DNA from: a virus
Taxonomy: Duplodnaviria > Heunggongvirae > Uroviricota > Caudoviricetes
Reading direction: 5' to 3' (one strand)
Virus record (IMG/VR): IMGVR_UViG_2718218308_000001
DNA length: 44,703 nt
Of this stretch, positions 37,791 to 44,703 are shown piece after piece. The first letter of the stretch is position 1. Every line of letters starts with the position of its first letter. Both the position numbers and the translations under genes were made by a program. Below the pieces are notes generated by a model. That model was not told the origin of the DNA and searched no databases. It worked only from the letters and a program-made list of their open reading frames with translations.

Positions 37791-40700
37791 ATGAATATGG
37801 CAGTAAAGATTTCAGGTGTACTGAAAGACGGCACAGGAAAACCGGTACAGAACTGCACAATCCAGCTGAAAGCAAAACGTAACAGTACCACTGTGGTGGT
37901 GAACACGCTGGCCTCAGAAAATCCGGATGAAGCCGGGCGTTACAGCATGGACGTTGAGTACGGTCAGTACAGCGTTATTCTGTTGGTGGAAGGATTCCCG
38001 CCGTCACATGCCGGGACCATCACCGTGTATGAAGATTCTCAACCCGGTACGCTGAATGATTTTCTCGGTGCCATGACGGAGGATGATGCCCGTCCGGAGG
38101 CACTGCGCCGTTTTGAACTGATGGTGGAAGAGGTGGCGCGTAACGCGTCCGCGGTGGCACAGAACACGGCAGCCGCGAAGAAGTCAGCCAGTGATGCCAG
38201 CACATCAGCCCGTGAGGCGGCAACCCATGCGGCTGATGCTGCGGACTCAGCACGCGCAGCCAGCACGTCAGCCGGACAGGCCGCGTCGTCGGCTCAGTCA
38301 GCGTCTTCCAGCGCAGGAACGGCATCAACAAAGGCCACTGAAGCCTCAAAAAGTGCTGCCGCTGCAGAGTCCTCAAAAAGCGCGGCGGCCACCAGTGCCG
38401 GTGCGGCGAAAACGTCAGAAACGAATGCGGCAGCGTCAGAACAATCAGCCGCCACTTCTGCATCCACCGCGACCACGAAAGCGTCAGAAGCAGCCACTTC
38501 AGCACGGGATGCGTCGGCTTCAAAAGAGGCGGCAAAATCATCAGAAACGAGCGCAGCCTCGAGCGCCAGTAGTGCAGCCTCCTCGGCAACAGCGGCAGGA
38601 AATTCCGCGAAGGCGGCAAAAACGTCCGAGACGAACGCCAGGTCTTCTGAGACGGCAGCGGGACAGAGCGCCTCAGCTGCGGCAGGCTCAAAAACAGCGG
38701 CTGCGTCGTCTGCCAGTGCCGCGTCAACAAGTGCCGGGCAGGCCTCAATCAGTGCCACCGCAGCCGGAAAATCGGCAGAAAGCGCCGCATCATCCGCTTC
38801 AACAGCCACAACGAAGGCTGGCGAAGCCGCTGAACAGGCCAGCGCAGCAGCGAGGTCTGCATCCGCAGCGATGACATCCGAAACGAACGCGAAAGCCTCG
38901 GAAACCAGTGCAGAATCCTCAAAAATGGCAGCTGCATCGTCCGCCAGTTCGGCGGCGTCATCGGCATCATCTGCGTCTGCTTCAAAAGATGAGGCGAGCA
39001 GACAGGCATCAGCAGCGAAAGGCAGCGCCACGACGGCATCCACGAAGGCGACAGAGGCAGCTGGTAGTGCGACGGCGGCAGCTCAGAGCAAAAGTACGGC
39101 GGAATCCGCGGCAACGCGCGCCGAGACAGCAGCAAAACGGGCAGAGGATATTGCATCCGCCGTGGCGCTTGAGGATGCGAGCACGACGAAAAAGGGGATA
39201 GTACAGCTCAGCAGTGCGACCAACAGCACTTCCGAGTCACTGGCGGCAACGCCAAAAGCCGTTAAGGCCGCGTATGACCTGGCTAACGGGAAATACACCG
39301 CACAGGATGCAACGACAGCACAGAAAGGGATAATCCAGCTAAGCAGCGCGACCAACAGCACGTCTGAAACGCTGGCGGCAACGCCAAAGGCAGTAAAAGC
39401 AGCCAATGACAATGCTGAGAAACGTCTGCAGAAAGATCAGAACGGTGCGGATATCCCTGGCAAAGACACCTTTACGAAAAATATTGGTGCCTGCCGTGCC
39501 TTCGGTGGGTCAGTAAGCACAACAACAGGAAACTGGACGACTGCACAGTTTATCGAGTGGCTGGATTCTCAGGGAGCATTTAACCATCCATACTGGATGT
39601 GCAAGGGTTCCTGGTCTTATGGCAATAATAAAATCATTACTGATACTGGCTGCGGTAATATTCATCTCGCCGGAGCTGTCATTGAAGTAATGGGGATAAA
39701 GTCAGCGATGACGATCCGCATTACCACACCGACCACCTCCACTGGTGGTGGAACAACTAACGCCCAGTTTACCTATATTAATCACGGAACAGATTATTCA
39801 CCTGGCTGGCGAAGGGACTATAACTCCAGAAATAAGCCAACGGCATCAGAGATCGGGGCGTTACCGTCAGGTGGAACAGCAGTATCATCAGTTAATCTGT
39901 CTTCAAAAGGTCGGGTAACCGCGCTGACAGACAATACGCAGGGGGCAACAGGTCTTGAGTTATACGAGGTGTATAACAACGGATATCCAACAGCGTATGG
40001 AAATATCATTCACCTGAAAGGGATGACAGCCGTTGGCGAAGGTGAGTTACTCATCGGCTGGAGTGGTACAAGCGGTGCTCATGCTCCGGCATTTATTCGT
40101 TCACGACGGGATACGACCGACGCAAACTGGTCGCCGTGGGCGCAGCTTTACACCTCGGCTCATCCTCCTGCAGAGTTTTATCCAGTCGGTGCACCAATCC
40201 CGTGGCCATCAGATACCGTTCCGTCTGGTTATGCCCTGATGCAGGGGCAGACTTTTGACAAATCTGCTTACCCGAAACTTGCAGCCGCTTATCCGTCAGG
40301 CGTGATCCCTGATATGCGTGGCTGGACGATTAAGGGCAAGCCCGCCAGTGATCGAGCCGTATTGTCTCAGGAACAGGACGGCATTAAATCACACACCCAC
40401 AGCGCCAGCGTATCCAGTACGGATTTGGGGACGAAAACCACATCGTCGTTTGATTACGGCACTAAATCCACGAATAACACTGGTGCGCATACCCATAGTG
40501 TTAGCGGTACGGCTGCTTCAGCCGGTGCACATACCCATTCGATGACATTTGTTTCAGGTGGTTCCAGTGGTGCTCCGGGAAGTGGATCACCTGATTATTC
40601 TAAATACAGTGTTAACACTTCTTCTGCAGGCGCTCATACGCACTCTGTATCGGGTACTGCTGCAAGCGCAGGTGCACACGCACATACTGTCGGTATTGGT

Positions 40701-40820
40701 GCTCATACGCACTCCGTTGCGATTGGTTCACATGGACATACCATCACCGTTAACGCTGCTGGTAACGCGGAAAACACCGTCAAAAACATCGCATTTAACT
40801 ATATTGTGAGGCTTGCATAA
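37791..40820 (+). CDS. stf: Side tail fibre protein Stf
   Basis: 1009-aa ORF after lom; long Ala/Ser/Thr-rich repetitive shaft; C-terminal region with repeated GAHTHS / HxH motifs. Confidence 0.9.
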   Translation: MNMAVKISGVLKDGTGKPVQNCTIQLKAKRNSTTVVVNTLASENPDEAGRYSMDVEYGQYSVILLVEGFPPSHAGTITVYEDSQPGTLNDFLGAMTEDDARPEALRRFELMVEEVARNASAVAQNTAAAKKSASDASTSAREAATHAADAADSARAASTSAGQAASSAQSASSSAGTASTKATEASKSAAAAESSKSAAATSAGAAKTSETNAAASEQSAATSASTATTKASEAATSARDASASKEAAKSSETSAASSASSAASSATAAGNSAKAAKTSETNARSSETAAGQSASAAAGSKTAAASSASAASTSAGQASISATAAGKSAESAASSASTATTKAGEAAEQASAAARSASAAMTSETNAKASETSAESSKMAAASSASSAASSASSASASKDEASRQASAAKGSATTASTKATEAAGSATAAAQSKSTAESAATRAETAAKRAEDIASAVALEDASTTKKGIVQLSSATNSTSESLAATPKAVKAAYDLANGKYTAQDATTAQKGIIQLSSATNSTSETLAATPKAVKAANDNAEKRLQKDQNGADIPGKDTFTKNIGACRAFGGSVSTTTGNWTTAQFIEWLDSQGAFNHPYWMCKGSWSYGNNKIITDTGCGNIHLAGAVIEVMGIKSAMTIRITTPTTSTGGGTTNAQFTYINHGTDYSPGWRRDYNSRNKPTASEIGALPSGGTAVSSVNLSSKGRVTALTDNTQGATGLELYEVYNNGYPTAYGNIIHLKGMTAVGEGELLIGWSGTSGAHAPAFIRSRRDTTDANWSPWAQLYTSAHPPAEFYPVGAPIPWPSDTVPSGYALMQGQTFDKSAYPKLAAAYPSGVIPDMRGWTIKGKPASDRAVLSQEQDGIKSHTHSASVSSTDLGTKTTSSFDYGTKSTNNTGAHTHSVSGTAASAGAHTHSMTFVSGGSSGAPGSGSPDYSKYSVNTSSAGAHTHSVSGTAASAGAHAHTVGIGAHTHSVAIGSHGHTITVNAAGNAENTVKNIAFNYIVRLA
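38100..39130 (+). repeat. Coding low-complexity tandem-repeat region inside stf (Ala/Ser/Thr-rich units)
   Basis: Recurring units such as SASSAS...AAKTSETNA...SE(T/S)SA; every frame on both strands is open here, which generates the long spurious ORFs in the track. Confidence 0.8.
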
Positions 40821-41395
40821 TGGCATTCAGAATGAGTGAACAACCACGGACCATAAAAATTTATAATCTGCTGGCCGGAACTAATGAATTTATTGGTGAA
40901 GGTGACGCATATATTCCGCCTCATACAGGTCTGCCAGCAAACAGTATCGATATTGCACCGCCAGATATTCCGGCAGGCTTCGTGGCTGTTTTCAACAGTG
41001 ATGAGGCATCGTGGCATCTCGTTGAAGATCATCGGGGTAAAACGGTTTATGACGTGGCTTCCGGCGACGCGTTATTTATTTCTGAACTCGGTCCGTTACC
41101 GGAAAATGTTACCTGGTTATCGCCGGGAGGGGAATATCAGAAGTGGAACGGCACAGCCTGGGTGAAGGATACGGAAGCAGAAAAACTGTTCCGGATCCGG
41201 GAGGCGGAAGAAACAAAAAACAGCCTGATGCAGGTAGCCAGTGAGCATATTGCGCCGCTTCAGGATGCTGCAGATCTGGAAATTGCAACGGAGGAAGAAA
41301 TCTCGTTGCTGGAAGCATGGAAAAAGTATCGGGTATTGCTGAACCGTGTTGATACGTCAACTGAACAGGATATTGAATGGCCAGCACTGCCGTAG
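40820..41395 (+). CDS. tfa: Tail fibre assembly protein Tfa
   Basis: 191-aa ORF immediately after stf with overlapping stop/start. Confidence 0.85.
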   Translation: MAFRMSEQPRTIKIYNLLAGTNEFIGEGDAYIPPHTGLPANSIDIAPPDIPAGFVAVFNSDEASWHLVEDHRGKTVYDVASGDALFISELGPLPENVTWLSPGGEYQKWNGTAWVKDTEAEKLFRIREAEETKNSLMQVASEHIAPLQDAADLEIATEEEISLLEAWKKYRVLLNRVDTSTEQDIEWPALP

Positions 41396-41492
41396 GGTAA
41401 AACATATAAATTCTATAATTAGATGTATCTTTCCATTTACGGCAAGGAAGGTGGCTTGGAAGACGTAAAGCATCTCACACCGAGATTATTTT

Positions 41493-42083
41493 TTATATGT
41501 CAGGTGTCTGAAGTTTTGCTTTGGCTCTTAAAATGGTTTGCCGCGAGGTTTTGAATTCCCGGGCAATGGCACTTATACTTACACCTGACTTAATTCGTTC
41601 GAATACCACCTGTTTCTGTTCTTCATTTAACACAGGTGGTCGACCAAAACGTTTCCCTGCGCCCCGGGCTCTTACTATCCCGGAATGAGTGCGTTCAAGT
41701 AAAAGGTCTCGTTCAAATTCAGCGACTGCTGAAATTACTTGCATCATCATTTTTCCTGTTGGACTGGTCAGGTCAATGCCCCCCAATGCTAAGCAATGCA
41801 CTCTGATACCTGTTTCGGTCAGTTGTTCCACTGTTTTCCTGATATCCATTGCATTACAACCAAGGCGATCCAGTTTTGTCACAATCAATTGATCACCACA
41901 TTTCAGGCGAGCAAGCAACCGGTTAAAACCAGGACGCTCACTGGTTGCTGCTGAGCCGCTAATGTGTTCTTCGATTATTTGCTGAGGTTTGATTTTAAAA
42001 CCTGCACTTTCGATTTCCCGGCGTTGATTTTCGGTGGTCTGATCCAGCGTTGATATCCGACAGTAAGCAAAAATTCGAGACAT
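41493..42083 (-). CDS. pin: Serine DNA invertase, Pin family
   Basis: 196-aa product [29 protein letters not shown]... with N-terminal catalytic serine motif and C-terminal helix-turn-helix; matches PinQ/PinR as I recall them. Confidence 0.9.
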
Positions 42084-42399
42084 AGTGAGACTCTATACGA
42101 AATTGGTGTTCATATCATAATGCATCTCAGAAAATAATTTTGATTATTTTTGTGCATATTTGTATGTACACGTTCGAAAATAAACGAATGCGTATGCAAC
42201 CCCGTAATTTTGGTGAGACCCAAAATCGATTTTGTGAAAAATGGCTTTAACTCGGTTTGTTTTTCGAGTTCCGGGCGGACTCAAGGAAGAAGAATAGTGT
42301 TGCGTGTTATTTTAACCAGATTTCAAGTTGTTTGGTCGTGGAAAAGTGGAGCAAAATGTTGTTAAAGTGGAAAAATGATAAAAAAGTAAGTTTATTATA

Positions 42400-42666
42400 T
42401 TACATTTTACCATTTAAATTTTGGTTGTCTTTAAGAACTGATATCGCTGTTTGTAATAATTCTTTGTTATCCAGCCATGATTTTTTCTTTATGTTTCCTT
42501 CAATGTAATCAAGCAATGTTCTGGTATTGATAGGTCTTCCCTGTTTTGCTACTTCCACTACAGCATCCCCTAGGATAATTCTTACTTCAGGAAGCTGCGC
42601 AGGGAACCACTTTAGGGTGTCTTTTGATTTCATGAAGATATTCCTTAAAATATTATTGATTTTCAT
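42400..42666 (-). CDS. ydfK: Small prophage protein YdfK/YnaE-like
   Basis: ORF containing MKSKDTLKWFPAQLPEVRIILGDAVVEVAKQG...; the true start is probably the internal Met (giving 42400..42633). Confidence 0.6.
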   Translation of the reverse strand: MKINNILRNIFMKSKDTLKWFPAQLPEVRIILGDAVVEVAKQGRPINTRTLLDYIEGNIKKKSWLDNKELLQTAISVLKDNQNLNGKM

Positions 42667-43419
42667 TGCGATATTGTATGTCTGATTCAGGATATGTTGA
42701 CTTATACATCGGTTTTGTCTGGGTTATTGGATATGCCAATCCCTAATTTTATTAGGGCATGACTAAAAATGCTGAATATGATAAGGAGAGATGTGATTAT
42801 CAGTATGCTGTTCATATAGCCTCGAATTAGTAATGTGTTATATATGATATAGTTGACAATTTTTATCTTGGGTGTTCTTAAAGTTCGTAGATAAACATTG
42901 TCGTTTCAGGTATACAGGAATGCTAACAGGTGGCAGCAAAAATCAGGCGGTTTATGGCGCAAGCTGAAGCGGCAACTGCAAACTATCTTATGCAGAGACT
43001 CTACACGGATTGGGTTTAAAAGTATACATAGATAACAGTTTTTATCTGAAAAATAAAAATATCAAGGTGATATAGCCTATATGCCTTTGATGCGGAGGAA
43101 TGAATGTGATGGGAGTGATGTATCTGAATAGTTGAAAAACCGCAGACACGCCTTATGCAAGAACGTGCTGCGGTTGGCTGGTAAATTTTTCGATAGTGTG
43201 AGTATTGAATGATTTCCAGCCGTTCTTGATTTTACGCATAAATCCATGAAAAAACTACTTATCTGTTGGGGAGTTTTTTTTGGGGCATATATGGGACAGA
43301 AATAGGCCCCAGATAGACACTGAGATCGAACTTAGGATGCTTTTTAAAAAATGCAACTATCTGAAAAAACCTAGAAAACGCCAAGGAAACCACAGGATGG
43401 GAAAAAACACCTGTGAATT

Positions 43420-44703
43420 ATGGATTTCCAGTTATATTCGCTCGGCGCAGCGTTAGTGTTTCATGAAATATTTTTTCCTGAATCATCAACGGCAATGGCG
43501 TTAATTCTGGCAATGGGAACCTACGGTGCAGGTTATGTGGCGCGTATTGTCGGAGCATTTATTTTCGGCAAAATGGGCGACAGAATAGGGCGTAAAAAAG
43601 TGCTCTTTATTACCATCACCATGATGGGGATCTGTACCACCTTAATTGGTGTGTTACCGACCTATGCACAGATTGGTATTTTTGCACCCATCTTGCTGGT
43701 GACGTTGCGTATTATTCAGGGGTTGGGTGCAGGTGCGGAAATTTCCGGTGCCGGTACGATGCTGGCGGAATATGCGCCAAAAGGTAAGCGCGGAATTATC
43801 TCCTCATTTGTGGCTATGGGAACTAACTGCGGAACCTTGAGCGCAACGGCAATCTGGGCCTTTATGTTCTTCATTCTCAGTAAAGAGGAACTGCTGGCGT
43901 GGGGATGGCGTATACCGTTCCTGGCGAGCGTTGTCGTGATGGTCTTTGCTATCTGGTTGCGTATGAATCTGAAAGAAAGCCCGGTCTTTGAGAAGGTTAA
44001 CGACAGTAACCAACCGACAGCAAAACCTGCACCTGCTGGTAGCATGTTCCAGAGCAAATCCTTCTGGCTGGCAACAGGGCTGCGTTTTGGTCAGGCGGGT
44101 AACTCCGGGTTAATTCAGACTTTCCTTGCAGGCTATTTAGTGCAGACGTTATTGTTTAACAAAGCAATTCCAACAGATGCATTGATGATCAGTTCGATTC
44201 TCGGCTTTATGACCATTCCGTTCCTTGGTTGGTTATCCGATAAAATTGGTCGCCGGATCCCGTATATTATTATGAATACCTCCGCGATTGTGCTGGCATG
44301 GCCAATGCTTTCTATCATTGTAGATAAAAGCTATGCCCCGAGCACCATTATGGTTGCACTGATTGTGATTCATAACTGTGCGGTGCTGGGATTATTTGCT
44401 CTGGAAAACATTACCATGGCAGAAATGTTCGGCTGTAAAAACCGCTTTACCCGGATGGCTATTTCTAAAGAAATTGGTGGTCTTATCGCTTCCGGTTTTG
44501 GTCCTATCCTGGCGGGTATTTTCTGCACCATGACGGAATCCTGGTATCCGATCGCCATTATGATCATGGCATATTCAGTGATTGGTTTAATCTCTGCGCT
44601 GAAAATGCCAGAGGTGAAAGACCGTGATTTAAGTGCGCTGGAAGACGCTGCGGAAGATCAACCGCGTGTTGTAAGAGCTGCGCAACCTTCCAGAAGTCTG
44701 TAA
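43420..44703 (+). CDS. ydfJ: MFS transporter (YdfJ-like), 5'-truncated at the prophage junction
   Basis: 427-aa ORF with the MFS signature GDRIGRKK after only about one and a half transmembrane segments, so the first helix is missing. Confidence 0.8.
   Translation: MDFQLYSLGAALVFHEIFFPESSTAMALILAMGTYGAGYVARIVGAFIFGKMGDRIGRKKVLFITITMMGICTTLIGVLPTYAQIGIFAPILLVTLRIIQGLGAGAEISGAGTMLAEYAPKGKRGIISSFVAMGTNCGTLSATAIWAFMFFILSKEELLAWGWRIPFLASVVVMVFAIWLRMNLKESPVFEKVNDSNQPTAKPAPAGSMFQSKSFWLATGLRFGQAGNSGLIQTFLAGYLVQTLLFNKAIPTDALMISSILGFMTIPFLGWLSDKIGRRIPYIIMNTSAIVLAWPMLSIIVDKSYAPSTIMVALIVIHNCAVLGLFALENITMAEMFGCKNRFTRMAISKEIGGLIASGFGPILAGIFCTMTESWYPIAIMIMAYSVIGLISALKMPEVKDRDLSALEDAAEDQPRVVRAAQPSRSL

Noticed and set aside
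38020-39412. Long ORFs on both strands inside stf (for example 38294..39043 minus, 38191..38874 plus), looked at as possible genes or a CRISPR-like array
   Set aside because: They are artefacts of the GCN-rich Ala/Ser repeat region of stf, where all six frames are open; the repeats are imperfect coding repeats with no spacer/repeat architecture.
42150-42508. Small plus-strand ORFs (71 and 83 aa) between pin and the ydfK-like gene
   Set aside because: AT-rich intergenic/promoter DNA; they overlap the minus-strand ydfK-like gene or its upstream region and show no motifs or translation signals.

Overview
Almost the whole window (about 1 to 43,400) is one lambdoid prophage of Escherichia coli type, ending at a 5'-truncated host MFS transporter gene (ydfJ-like, 43420..44703). 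All protein identifications are from reading the six-frame translations and recalling known families; nothing was searched. Layout: integrase, excisionase-like and exonuclease genes (minus strand, 20..3113); a complete IS3 (3174..4431) followed by a 255-bp tandem copy of its own 3' end; an AT-rich two-ORF locus (4847..6621) with a PD-(D/E)xK-like motif that I read as a candidate abortive-infection/defence gene, either frameshifted or a two-gene operon; a Hok-family toxin; rem-like, DUF968/HNH and Q-antiterminator genes; a cargo cluster (Blc-like lipocalin, YbgA-like protein, AraC/AppY-like regulator) between Q and the lysis genes; a lysis cassette split by a second IS3 (13269..14526, 3-bp GTC target duplication); cold-shock and small Qin-type accessory genes; a lambda-type cos site; and a complete lambda-like head and tail module (Nu1 through J, lom, stf, tfa) followed by a Pin-type invertase. 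No cI/cro immunity or O/P replication module is recognisable, so the prophage looks defective. No tRNA, rRNA or CRISPR array was seen.
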